The position numbers and the translations under genes were made by a program. A model generated the notes under the pieces. That model was not told the origin of the DNA, did no database searches, and saw nothing but the letters and a program-made list of their open reading frames with translations. A DNA stretch of 64,000 bases from Candidatus Poribacteria bacterium (GTDB lineage: Bacteria; Poribacteria; WGA-4E; PCPOR2b): NCBI GenBank assembly GCA_022822005.1, contig JAJECO010000095.1:360-64359 (forward strand). The letters are read 5' to 3'. Below, piece after piece: positions 16,148-25,541 of this stretch (position 1 is the stretch's first letter; each line of letters opens with the position of its first letter).

Positions 16148-17143
16148 TTAATAGGTTTCTTTGAACAAGCGTGCTTTATCCCGTGCTCGCTCGATCTTTG
16201 ACCATTCTGGCGCATCGCGGGACAACCCCTCGATATCCGCTATGGTCAGACCGTCCGGTACGCTGACAAGGTTCGATCCTATCCGATAGAGCCACGGGTA
16301 GATGCCATATTCCATGCCCTTTAGTCCGCACATATAAAATAGGGTATCCGGTTGTTCTAACAGGGGGATGAGGCCCTCCTGATTCTCTTCGAGCCGGTCT
16401 TGGACATACATCTTGCCGCCGCGCGCGTTAGTTTGTTCGCGGCTAACCGCGGTGGTGTAATGGAAGTTCGGATGGCGTTCTGCGAAATGGAGGAATTCGT
16501 CGTTATACATAATGTCTGTGGAATATGGAACGCCAAAGACAAGCCATACTTCCCGATCGAATCCCTGATTAAACAGCTCAACAAGCATCCCGACAAAGGG
16601 GGCGATTCCGGTCCCTGTTGCTGTGAAGACGTAATTGTAGTCGAGCGGGTTATCTGGCAGCAGGAAACTCTTGCCAACGGGACCCGTGATCAACATCTCA
16701 TCTCCGGGCCGCGCATCACAGATATAGTTTGAATCCACACCGAGCACCAACTCGCCTGTTTCCTCATCCTCCGTGATTTCCCGTTTTACACACAGCGATA
16801 CGGTTTCCCCCTTCCAATCATCCCCCCAACAGGCAGAAGTGATCGAATACAAGCGAATCTTGTCGTTCAGCGCTTCGTGCGCATAATTGAACTCCGTGCT
16901 ATTGAAGCGTCCAGTTGGCACCACTCCGATACTCTGACCAATGCGATATTTCCCCACCATCTTGCTCCCCTTCAGATTAAGCACGACATGCCAGCCGTAA
17001 TTCGGGCTGGAACTGTCTGTAATCCGATACTTACTCACGACCTCCGCCGGAAAGGGATTTTTTGGCGTATAAATATTTACCGCTGTTTCTGGAATTGACA
17101 TAAGTGGTGAATCAGCTGGTTTTTCTAAGAAAGACGTTATCAC
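16148..17143 (-). CDS. Ferredoxin--NADP+ reductase-like flavoprotein (plant-type/BoxA-like FNR domain)
   Basis: RLYSITS, VSLCVKR, ITGPVG, ATGTGIAPF, YMCGLKGM, C-terminal ETY; GGGAGG before GTG. Confidence 0.85.
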   Translation of the reverse strand: MITSFLEKPADSPLMSIPETAVNIYTPKNPFPAEVVSKYRITDSSSPNYGWHVVLNLKGSKMVGKYRIGQSIGVVPTGRFNSTEFNYAHEALNDKIRLYSITSACWGDDWKGETVSLCVKREITEDEETGELVLGVDSNYICDARPGDEMLITGPVGKSFLLPDNPLDYNYVFTATGTGIAPFVGMLVELFNQGFDREVWLVFGVPYSTDIMYNDEFLHFAERHPNFHYTTAVSREQTNARGGKMYVQDRLEENQEGLIPLLEQPDTLFYMCGLKGMEYGIYPWLYRIGSNLVSVPDGLTIADIEGLSRDAPEWSKIERARDKARLFKETY

Positions 17144-17252
17144 GGTCCGCCTCCCGTCAATATAATGATGAAAACTCCGGGCATGGATCAGTATTAAATG
17201 TGTTCAGATGCGAGGTTTGAATCCGCATGATAATCCAACTCTGATTTTCCAC

Positions 17253-17281
17253 ATTATAGCACTGACCCAATTCGCTGTCAA
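17253..17281 (-). promoter_or_regulatory. Consensus sigma70 promoter for the FNR-like gene
   Basis: Minus strand TTGACA-17 nt-TATAAT with extended TG. Confidence 0.8.
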
Positions 17282-17317
17282 TACAATTTCCGCATCCCTC
17301 GCTACTCTGAAACATCG

Positions 17318-17346
17318 TTGACATTTATGCGGGATCCTCTTATACT
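17318..17346 (+). promoter_or_regulatory. sigma70 promoter for the ankyrin/ADH genes
   Basis: TTGACA-17 nt-TATACT. Confidence 0.7.
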
Positions 17347-17588
17347 TAGCGGATTGCTTTTGGTTATAATGCTTTTGGCGTTACAAAGGTTTACAGCACT
17401 GATAATAAAGATTCGTGTCGAGTAGCGTAGTTGCGAATGAGATAAACATCCACGAATAACGCGAATCTAAGCAAACAAAAAACCCAGAAAGATTCGTGAC
17501 GCATGGTGAAGCTTTGTGGCTGAAATAAACGTCCGTGAATCACGCAAATCAACACCGATAGGAAACAAGAATTTTATTGGAGAAAAGC

Positions 17589-18158
17589 ATGGCATCTGTA
17601 GATGAACTGATCGATGCAATCGACAATGGGAAGGAACGAACTGCGCAAGAACTCCTCGGACAGCAGCCCGAGCTCGCCACCGGCGAATCCCTCAGAAATG
17701 GTGTTCTCCGGGGTGCGACACCGCTGCATTGGGCAGTTCATAGAAATATGACAGACTTTTGTGAGCGGCTCATTCAATCAGGGGCAGACGTCAATGCCCG
17801 TCAAGCCCAATGGTGGAGAACTCCACTCGCTTGGGCAGCAGACGCAGGGTGTACCGAAGCTGTTGAATTACTCCTCAGAAACGGGGCAGATGTCAATGGA
17901 GATGCCTTCGGTATGACCACGGCACTCCATGCCACAGCTCAAGGTGGTTCAACAAGCGGAACGGAAAACTCAGAGGCATATCGTCGAACCGCGCTGTTAT
18001 TGATAACACATGAGGTAGATATTAATCGCCGCGCAACCGGCGATCATGATCAGACTGCGTTGGACGATGCGATTCGGAAGGGCAATGAAGCCGTTATCGC
18101 GGTGCTCGTCGAACATGGCGGGAAGACGACAGCAGAACTACAATTAGGGGAGCAGTAA
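17589..18158 (+). CDS. Ankyrin repeat protein
   Basis: GATPLHWAV, RTPLAWAA, TTALHATA, QTALDDAI..G repeats; GADVN linkers. Confidence 0.9.
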   Translation: MASVDELIDAIDNGKERTAQELLGQQPELATGESLRNGVLRGATPLHWAVHRNMTDFCERLIQSGADVNARQAQWWRTPLAWAADAGCTEAVELLLRNGADVNGDAFGMTTALHATAQGGSTSGTENSEAYRRTALLLITHEVDINRRATGDHDQTALDDAIRKGNEAVIAVLVEHGGKTTAELQLGEQ

Positions 18159-18201
18159 ATTCACTGTCCATATTTGGCGCGTTTAGAAAAAGGAGACTTA
18201 T

Positions 18202-19362
18202 ATGTCACCTTCCATCTTCAGTTTTCCTAACAAGATTATCTTCGGCATCGGAACGATTGATACGCTTACAGAACAGCTTTCGGCGTTCTCACCAAAGAAG
18301 GTGTTATTGGTGACAGACAAGGGGATTCGCCAGGTGGGATTGACAGATGAAGTAACGCAGCGGCTTGAAGCGGCCCGAATCAGCTACGCAATCTACGATG
18401 GTGTCCACGGCAATCCCGTTGAATCGGATGTGTTCGACGGTGCAGAGGTTTTCCAGACGGAAAGTTGTGATTTTGTGATTGGCATGGGCGGCGGGAGTCC
18501 GTTAGATGTCGCCAAACTAATCTGCTTGAAGGCTACGCATCCCCTATCGCTTGCAGAGTACGAAGTCCTCAACGGAGGACCGGACAAGATTTCGTCCGAC
18601 GTACCACCGATGCTTGCCATACCGACTGCTGCGGGAACCGGAAGTGAAGTTGGACGTGGTGCTGTTGTCACGATAAAATCCTTGGGACGCAAGGCACTGG
18701 TCTTTAGTCCTCATCTGCTGCCTAAAGCGGCAATCGTAGATCCGGCGTTGACTGTCGGATTACCGAAAGCGTTAACAGCTGCGACGGGGATGGACGCGTT
18801 TACCCATAACCTTGAATCTTATCTTTCCACGGTTTATCATCCAATTTGTGATGGGATTGCGCTTGCCGGGGTAAAATTGGTCGCTCAACACCTGCGTCGT
18901 GCGGTTGACAATGGCAGTGATCTTGAGGCGCGTGGGGCGATGATGATGGCAGCAATGATGGGTGCAATTGCGTTTCAGAAAGAGTTAGGCGTTACGCATT
19001 CCTTAGCACACCCGCTCTCGGCGATCGCGGACCTACATCACGGGCTTGCAAATGCAATCCTCCTTCCGTATACAATGGCATTCAACAAGGGGGCAGCAGC
19101 CGATCAATTGCGGGATATCGCTGCAGCATTTGGTGTGAATATCTACGCATTATCGCAAGAGGAAGCTGCACAAGCGGCCGTCGATCAGGTGACGCAGTTG
19201 TGTAAAGATATTGGTATTCCATCGCGCTTGCGGGAGGCAGACGTGACGGCAGAGATGATCCCTGATCTGGCGCGGCAGGCGATAGCGGATCAGTGCCATC
19301 TGACCAACCCGCGACCTTGTACGGAAGAAGACATGATCAATCTGTATCGCCAGGCACTTTGA
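18202..19362 (+). CDS. Iron-containing alcohol dehydrogenase
   Basis: GGGSPLD, IPTAAGTGSEV, TGMDAFTH, HSLAH, HHGLANA. Confidence 0.92.
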   Translation: MSPSIFSFPNKIIFGIGTIDTLTEQLSAFSPKKVLLVTDKGIRQVGLTDEVTQRLEAARISYAIYDGVHGNPVESDVFDGAEVFQTESCDFVIGMGGGSPLDVAKLICLKATHPLSLAEYEVLNGGPDKISSDVPPMLAIPTAAGTGSEVGRGAVVTIKSLGRKALVFSPHLLPKAAIVDPALTVGLPKALTAATGMDAFTHNLESYLSTVYHPICDGIALAGVKLVAQHLRRAVDNGSDLEARGAMMMAAMMGAIAFQKELGVTHSLAHPLSAIADLHHGLANAILLPYTMAFNKGAAADQLRDIAAAFGVNIYALSQEEAAQAAVDQVTQLCKDIGIPSRLREADVTAEMIPDLARQAIADQCHLTNPRPCTEEDMINLYRQAL

Positions 19363-19400
19363 TCATAGCACACAGTGCGTTTCAAAAGAGAAATAGAAAT

Positions 19401-21353
19401 ATGCGACTTTACCTCTCCCTTCTGTTTATTAGCCTCACCCTCCTAAGTGCCGATGGAGTATTCGCTCGCACTGCTCTGTCTATTATCAGTCCAACCACTG
19501 ATTTCACCACGAATAATCAAGCAGTCACAATCAAGGGAATCGTTGAGTCTTCAGTTCGAGGGGACGTTATTGTTTCGATTAATACTCCTGGTGGCCTCCC
19601 GTACCTTGCGCAGTTGACACACTCAATCTATGGTCTCGTTGTAGACCTTGGAAACACACAAGAACTCAAAGGGATACTGATTCTGCCTGTGGTTGATCGA
19701 GGGTTTCCTCGCGGTCCACGGCTTGCCCGTCTGGCGTTTTCGAAGGCTGGGACGAATTTTTCTGCAGGTCAACCTGTTAACATTTCATCGGCCATAGACC
19801 CTAATTTCCACAGCACTGTGGTTGATTTTCCATCAGTGGTCTCTGCACAATTCATCCAGATTGAGATGCTCGAAGGCTGGCAGGCAGACCCAATTTCGAT
19901 TGAATCAATTCAGTTTTTGGATACAAAGGACCGGGGCATACAGGGCCGGATTCGGTCCATTGCAATTCGACTTTCGCTCACCAACGCCTGCGGTCTGGAT
20001 TCAACCCAACCTTATTGTGCTACCTTTTCTGTAGACGTAATGTTGGAGGCCGGAGTGAATCGACTTTCCGTAACTGCCAGGGAACTAACGTCTTCGGATC
20101 CAGCCTCGCTTAACACTATGGACAGAAAGGCGATTTCCCTATTTTACCTCCCAGAGTTAAAACCTGAAGCAGCGCAGGGTGGTGTATTCACCTTGAGCGA
20201 TGGAGATCGAGCAACCATTACTGTTCCAGTGGATGCCTTTGATGAAAAGACCACGAAATTACATTTTTTTTCAGTGCCACCTGAAACGGTTAATCCGTTA
20301 TCTTACCGAGCAAATAACCGCATTGTTAAAGGGACGGGTCCGGTGGTTATGTACCGCTTTGAAGCATTACGCCGAGGCGGGTTTGCTGCTGAAGCGACAA
20401 GTGCGTTACCCGATCAGCCCCCGACCTTCGCCGTGGACGGCATTTTGGAACCGCCGTCTACATGGGTTGCAGGCCTTGTGCCGCTGCCTGTGAGTCTAAC
20501 AATCGACCTCGACAGTCGACGTACCGTGAGCCGTATGGTTGTGCACGCGAACGTAGAAGGAGATATCTCTTTTGGCCCACAGCGTGCGACACTCTTCACG
20601 TCGAATGATAACGAGAATTTCATAAGCACTCTCGAATTAATCGATTTCGACGATCAAACCACCGTCATTGAGCTACCAACCCGACCCTCCGCTCGCTACT
20701 TTCGCCTCGAAATCACAGAGAGCAAGCAAGCGAATAACCTCCAACTCAACGAGGTAGAATTTTTCGATGTCTCAGGCGCGAAGATCGTGTCCTTTGATAC
20801 CTTTGAGCATCTGATCCTTGCGCGTCCAGTCCTGCTTGAATTAGCCTATCATCCCTCAGACCTGATGTTTGCAAATATCGGGCGAGAGGCAGATCTGAAA
20901 ATCTTCGTATGGGACGCATCCGTTCAAGAATGGCAGTTGGTAGGCGGTGAAGTTGACTTGAATCGACAGGTCGTTCGTATGGAGTTGAACTTCATCTCAC
21001 AGGTTGCCTTGTTTCAGACAGTTCCGTCGCAGATTCAGGTAGCGTGGAGTTTTAATCCTTTCTCACCAGACGGAAACGGGATTGCTGATCGAACGCGCCT
21101 AACAATCGTAAACCATAACACCTCACACATCGGTGATACGGAACCGGTCGTCGAGATCTTCGATCTACACAATAAACTCATCCGGACCTTAGTCAATCAA
21201 ACTGTAATGAGTTCCAGCGCGATGAGTGTTGAATGGGACGGTAGGGATGAGGCGGGAGAGATTGTGAATATCGGTCCCTACATCTATCAGATTCAGCTAA
21301 AATCTGGCGATCAAGTCGAAGTACGCAATGGGGTTATTGTGGTGGGAAAGTAA
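19401..21353 (+). CDS. Secreted protein with discoidin/F5-8-like domains and a C-terminal FlgD-Ig-like domain
   Basis: Signal peptide from ATG 19401; FAVDG...TW, ARYFRLEITE..LNEVEF discoidin pattern; PFSPDGNG..EIFDLHNKLIRTL..WDGRDEAG..GPYIYQI tail. Confidence 0.65.
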   Translation: MRLYLSLLFISLTLLSADGVFARTALSIISPTTDFTTNNQAVTIKGIVESSVRGDVIVSINTPGGLPYLAQLTHSIYGLVVDLGNTQELKGILILPVVDRGFPRGPRLARLAFSKAGTNFSAGQPVNISSAIDPNFHSTVVDFPSVVSAQFIQIEMLEGWQADPISIESIQFLDTKDRGIQGRIRSIAIRLSLTNACGLDSTQPYCATFSVDVMLEAGVNRLSVTARELTSSDPASLNTMDRKAISLFYLPELKPEAAQGGVFTLSDGDRATITVPVDAFDEKTTKLHFFSVPPETVNPLSYRANNRIVKGTGPVVMYRFEALRRGGFAAEATSALPDQPPTFAVDGILEPPSTWVAGLVPLPVSLTIDLDSRRTVSRMVVHANVEGDISFGPQRATLFTSNDNENFISTLELIDFDDQTTVIELPTRPSARYFRLEITESKQANNLQLNEVEFFDVSGAKIVSFDTFEHLILARPVLLELAYHPSDLMFANIGREADLKIFVWDASVQEWQLVGGEVDLNRQVVRMELNFISQVALFQTVPSQIQVAWSFNPFSPDGNGIADRTRLTIVNHNTSHIGDTEPVVEIFDLHNKLIRTLVNQTVMSSSAMSVEWDGRDEAGEIVNIGPYIYQIQLKSGDQVEVRNGVIVVGK

Positions 21354-21397
21354 GGTGCAATAACACTTCTTCGCCAATTTGATTTTGTATTCATGTG

Positions 21398-21506
21398 TGT
21401 GTTAGGGCTATTCAGTTTTCGGCTTTTTTACTATTTTGTTTGAAAAGGTGCAACCGGAAGATCACGCCTACAGTGAGATGTCGGGATTCGGAGATCCCTC
21501 CTACAG
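21398..21506. repeat. Dispersed ~110-bp repeat ending in a REP (second copy at 48196-48329)
   Basis: agggctattcagtttt.gg.tttt..c..ttttgtttgaaaag and tgtcgggatt.g.a.atccctcc..ctacag shared between the two copies. Confidence 0.7.
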
Positions 21507-21540
21507 TAAAATTAAATAACCCTATGTGTGTTTTTTTGTG

Positions 21541-21569
21541 TTGATTTTTAACAAATGTTATGATACAAT
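21541..21569 (+). promoter_or_regulatory. recA promoter with palindromic candidate operator
   Basis: TTGATT-17 nt-TACAAT with extended TG; palindrome TAAC-AAAT-GTTA (21549-21560) in the spacer. Confidence 0.6.
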
Positions 21570-21615
21570 TAACCCAACGAAACGATTTTAACCCATAACA
21601 AGGAGGCTTATTAAC

Positions 21616-22689
21616 ATGGAGCTAAGTATAAACAAGCAGAAAGCGATAGACCTTGCGATCTCTCAAATCGAGCGGCAGCACGGCAAAGGTGCGATTATGC
21701 AGCTTGATAGTGATGAAGTGGTTCCCGTTACCGTCGTCCCGACAGGTTCGTTGGCGTTAGATATCGCACTGGGAGTTGGCGGTGTTCCCCGCGGACGAAT
21801 TGTTGAGATCTTTGGTCATGAAGCTAGTGGTAAAACCACGCTTGCGCTTCACATGATTGCGGAGGCACAGAAGCAGGATGGGGTTGCAGCATTTGTTGAT
21901 GTCGAACATGCGTTAGATCCGCTTTACGCCCAACAGATTGGTGTGAGCATGGAAAATCTCCTAATATCCCAACCGGACGCCGGGGAGCAAGCGTTGGATA
22001 TTGTTGAGACCTTAGTTCGTAGTGGAGCTGTTGATATTGTTGTTGTTGACTCCGTCGCAGCGCTCACCCCTCATGCGGAGATTGAGGGTGATATGGGGGA
22101 CAACCACGTTGGGTTGTTACCGCGTCTGATGTCCAAAGCTTTACGTAAACTGTCCGGTGTCACCAATAAATCCAAAACCTGTGTGATCTTTACCAACCAG
22201 ATCCGCCAGAAAATTGGCGTCTTGTTTGGGAATCCGGAAACAACGCCCGGTGGACTAGCACTCAAATTTCACGCATCGGTTCGGTTGGAGATACGTCGGT
22301 CAGAAATCCTGAAGGAGGGAGAGAAGCAGATCGGCAACCGTGCGCGTGTCAAGGTTGCGAAAAATAAGGTCGCCGCTCCATTCCGTCAAGCTGAATTCGA
22401 TGTTATTTACGGCGAAGGAATCTGTACAATCGGTGAGATCTTGGATGTGGGCATAGACGCGGGAATTATTAAGAAGAGTGGTGCTTGGTTTTCTTATAAC
22501 GACGAAAGGCTTGGACAGGGCAGGAACAACGCTAAAGATTTCCTAATAGAGCACCCCGAAATTATCAATGAGGTCGAGGCTAAGGTTCGTGCCACCTTTG
22601 GCATTCATCCGCCATCTGGCACCGCCTCGCTGCCAGAAACCGATGCCGTGACTGACAACAACGAAGGAAACGAAACAGGGCTCCCATAA
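21616..22689 (+). CDS. recA: Recombinase RecA
   Basis: [56 protein letters not shown]. Confidence 0.97.
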   Translation: MELSINKQKAIDLAISQIERQHGKGAIMQLDSDEVVPVTVVPTGSLALDIALGVGGVPRGRIVEIFGHEASGKTTLALHMIAEAQKQDGVAAFVDVEHALDPLYAQQIGVSMENLLISQPDAGEQALDIVETLVRSGAVDIVVVDSVAALTPHAEIEGDMGDNHVGLLPRLMSKALRKLSGVTNKSKTCVIFTNQIRQKIGVLFGNPETTPGGLALKFHASVRLEIRRSEILKEGEKQIGNRARVKVAKNKVAAPFRQAEFDVIYGEGICTIGEILDVGIDAGIIKKSGAWFSYNDERLGQGRNNAKDFLIEHPEIINEVEAKVRATFGIHPPSGTASLPETDAVTDNNEGNETGLP

Positions 22690-22704
22690 CCTTTCCCTCA
22701 ACAC

Positions 22705-22733
22705 TTGACGGAGACCGCTTTAGATGTTATCAT
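22705..22733 (+). promoter_or_regulatory. Putative sigma70 promoter
   Basis: TTGACG-17 nt-TATCAT with extended TG. Confidence 0.55.
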
Positions 22734-22894
22734 AACGCGTGTTGCTATCTAACTCTGGTTAGCAAGTTTCGATTCGTATCTTAATACCAAAGTCCATCTT
22801 GAGGGCTTGGCCTACCAGATAGAAAATTTCAAGGGCAAAAAAGCGTTATAGTTAGGAGGGGAGCGCTCTCTGTACGGAGACCTGCGATACTTTT

Positions 22895-24961
22895 ATGGGA
22901 AAACTTGTTGGTGTGGATATTGGCGGCACTTTCACGGATATTGTTGTTTTAGATGAAAACCAAAAGGCTTTACAGATTGGAAAGGCTTCAACCACGCCAC
23001 GTGAGCCATCCATCGGCTTAATTACCGGGTTGGATGCGCTTGAGGTTTCCTATCCTGATATTGAACTGGTCATTCATGGCACCACTGTGGCAACCAATGC
23101 CATTTTGGAGCGCAAAGGTGTACGCTGCGGTTTGATTGCAACGCGCGGTTTTCGCGATATTCTGGAACTGAGGCGTCGCGATCGGCCACACCTCTACGGT
23201 CTCAGCGGATCCTATGAGCCGTTAGTTCCACGGGATCGGCGCAAAGAGGTCACTGAGCGTATCTCAGCAGAAGGTGAAATACTTGCTCCATTGGCGGAGG
23301 AAGAGGTAATTGCAGCTGCTGAAGAGTTGGTTTCGGACGGTGTCGAAGCCATTGTCATCAGCTTCCTGAACGCCTACATCAATCCCACAAACGAACGCAG
23401 CGCCAAAGCCCTTCTGCAAACACGCTTCCCCGATCTTTATATCGTTGCTTCAGCGGACATCCTCCCACTCTTCCGTGAATTTGAACGGACTAGCACTGCT
23501 ACCGTGAACGCTTACGTACAGCCGATCGTCAGTCGCTACTTGGCTCGGCTTGAACAACGCTTGGAGGAACGCGGCTACGGTGGAAATCTTCTCATTATGC
23601 AGTCGAACGGTGGGATGATGTCGGTCGAATCCGCTCGCGATTTCTCGGTCAACACCGTGTTATCGGGTCCCGCCGCTGGGGTCATTGCTGCCACCAAGAT
23701 CGCTGCAGAAAACGGGTTCCAGAACCTAATTGGTTACGATATGGGAGGGACAAGTCTGGACGTGTCGTTGGTGACGGAGGGCAAACCGGTAGTCTCAAAT
23801 GGGATAGAACCAGAGTTTGGCATTCCGATCATGGTGTCGATGATCGATATTCACACCGTCGGCGCGGGTGGTGGTAGTATCGCCCGGATTGACGAAGGCG
23901 GTTTGCTCCAAGTGGGACCCGAAAGTGCTGGTGCTGAGCCGGGACCGGTCTGCTACGGATTGGGTGGCACTGAGCCAACAGTCACGGATGCGAATGTGAT
24001 TCTGGGCAGGATCAACCCAGACTATCCCATTGCTAGATCGATCGATTTTTCGTTTGACCTCGACACCGCCCGGTCAATTCTCAGCGAGAAGGTTGGCAAA
24101 CCGCTCGGTCTCTCGTTGGAGGAAGCCGCGCTGGCAGTTCTCACCATTGCAAATAACCGGATCGCTGGTAGCATCCGTCGTATCTCTATTGATCGTGGCC
24201 ATGATCCGCGAGATTTTGTGCTCTTTTCCTTCGGAGGTGGCGGACCGTTGATGGTCAGTTTCCTCCTGCGGGAGCTTGGGGTTTCGCAGGCACTTGTCCC
24301 CTACTATCCCGGCATTGCCTCTGCCTGGGGCTGTGTCATCGCTGACCTTCAGCACGATTTTGTAACTATGATAAACCGTCGGCTCTCCGAACTCGATCCA
24401 ACCGAAGCCGAGACAATTTTTGCCGAACACCTCGCGCAGGGAGAACGACTTATCAAGAGCGAGCAGATTCCCCTGACACAGGTAAGCGTATTACGAGAAG
24501 CGGAGATTTCCTACGAGGGGCAAACCCACGTTATCCGGACACCGCTACCAGCGGGGTCTGTGTCTGCCCCCGTTATAGCGGAAAGTTTTAGTCGCGCATA
24601 TCTCCGGCAATACGGGCAGGTCGACGAGACATTTGGCGGATTAGAAACGTTGCTGGAGAGCATCCCTATCCGTTTGCTAAACCTCCGCACTTCTGTGATT
24701 GGCGTGCGTCCGGATCTATCACTAAAAGACTTTATTCCCAGCCCCAAAACTACCCTGCAAGACGCACAAAAAGGCACCAGATCTGTCTATGTAGAAGATC
24801 GGTTTGTGGAATGCCCCATCTATGACCGGTCACTGCTCCCGTGGGGAAGCGATTTCGCCGGACCCGCCGTCATCGAGCAGCCGGACACGACCATCTGGAT
24901 TGAGCCTTGGGTTCGTGTCCGCGTGGACGAAGGTGGGAATCTTTTCCTCAACACTTCGTAG
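22895..24961 (+). CDS. Hydantoinase/oxoprolinase family, A subunit
   Basis: GVDIGGTFTD, HGTTVATNA, SGPAAGV, DMGGTS, VGAGGGSIA, SAGAEPGP..YG.GG..PTVTDA. Confidence 0.92.
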   Translation: MGKLVGVDIGGTFTDIVVLDENQKALQIGKASTTPREPSIGLITGLDALEVSYPDIELVIHGTTVATNAILERKGVRCGLIATRGFRDILELRRRDRPHLYGLSGSYEPLVPRDRRKEVTERISAEGEILAPLAEEEVIAAAEELVSDGVEAIVISFLNAYINPTNERSAKALLQTRFPDLYIVASADILPLFREFERTSTATVNAYVQPIVSRYLARLEQRLEERGYGGNLLIMQSNGGMMSVESARDFSVNTVLSGPAAGVIAATKIAAENGFQNLIGYDMGGTSLDVSLVTEGKPVVSNGIEPEFGIPIMVSMIDIHTVGAGGGSIARIDEGGLLQVGPESAGAEPGPVCYGLGGTEPTVTDANVILGRINPDYPIARSIDFSFDLDTARSILSEKVGKPLGLSLEEAALAVLTIANNRIAGSIRRISIDRGHDPRDFVLFSFGGGGPLMVSFLLRELGVSQALVPYYPGIASAWGCVIADLQHDFVTMINRRLSELDPTEAETIFAEHLAQGERLIKSEQIPLTQVSVLREAEISYEGQTHVIRTPLPAGSVSAPVIAESFSRAYLRQYGQVDETFGGLETLLESIPIRLLNLRTSVIGVRPDLSLKDFIPSPKTTLQDAQKGTRSVYVEDRFVECPIYDRSLLPWGSDFAGPAVIEQPDTTIWIEPWVRVRVDEGGNLFLNTS

Positions 24962-24981
24962 GGAACGGAGATCTCCGTTCC
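24958..24981. repeat. GTAG-type REP (supplies the TAG stop of the hydantoinase gene)
   Basis: gtagggaacggagatctccgttcc palindrome; same family as 27928-27953 and 58498-58525. Confidence 0.75.
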
Positions 24982-25033
24982 TTGTGTTCTAACCCGCTAG
25001 GCTAACGTGTCCACCTTCCACTCTTCAGGCACC

Positions 25034-25134
25034 GTAGGTTGGGTTGAACGGGTACAAGCAAATCCCTATCAACGACAATAGCGATTCTGCTGTTCAACAA
25101 TCCCGCTGTATGACAATCTTATGTGAAACCCAAC
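25034..25134. repeat. REP split by a 72-nt insert
   Basis: gtaggttgggttgaacg ... gtgaaacccaac; a compact relative is at about 47924-47954. Confidence 0.5.
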
Positions 25135-25277
25135 ATCCTTTACTCTCTAGTAGTACTTTTGCTCCTATCGGCATGTCCCACAATCGACTACACCGGCCAC
25201 GCCTCACCCCTTCTACCCCACCGTTCTGGGAGCCGCCCCGCTTTTTCTGAAGTAAATCCAAGTGGGTTGCAATTAAC

Positions 25278-25447
25278 TATGGTGAAATCTACAATTACTC
25301 ATACACCTTCGATGCACAACAACCCCCTTAAATCCTCCTTCCGCAAGGCGGAATCCCGATAAATCGGGACTTGTTAGGGGGACTTTGGAAACTTCTCGAA
25401 GGTCGGAGTTATTGGTAAATGTCCACTTATTTCTATAATTCACTATA
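25278..25447. mobile_element. MITE copy 2 (170 bp)
   Basis: Imperfect terminal inverted repeats tatggtgaaatctacaat / atttctataattcactata; nearly identical to 31732-31940. Confidence 0.75.
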
Positions 25448-25478
25448 TTTAAGACTTACCCGCTTCAGCGTGCCCCCT

Positions 25479-25516
25479 CGTAAGGAACGGATATCTCCAG
25501 TCCGTTTCCTCCTACG
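25479..25516. repeat. Degenerate GTAG-type REP
   Basis: cgtaaggaacgga...tccgtttcctcctacg. Confidence 0.5.
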
Positions 25517-25541
25517 CATCACATATTATATGAGGTAGCCC

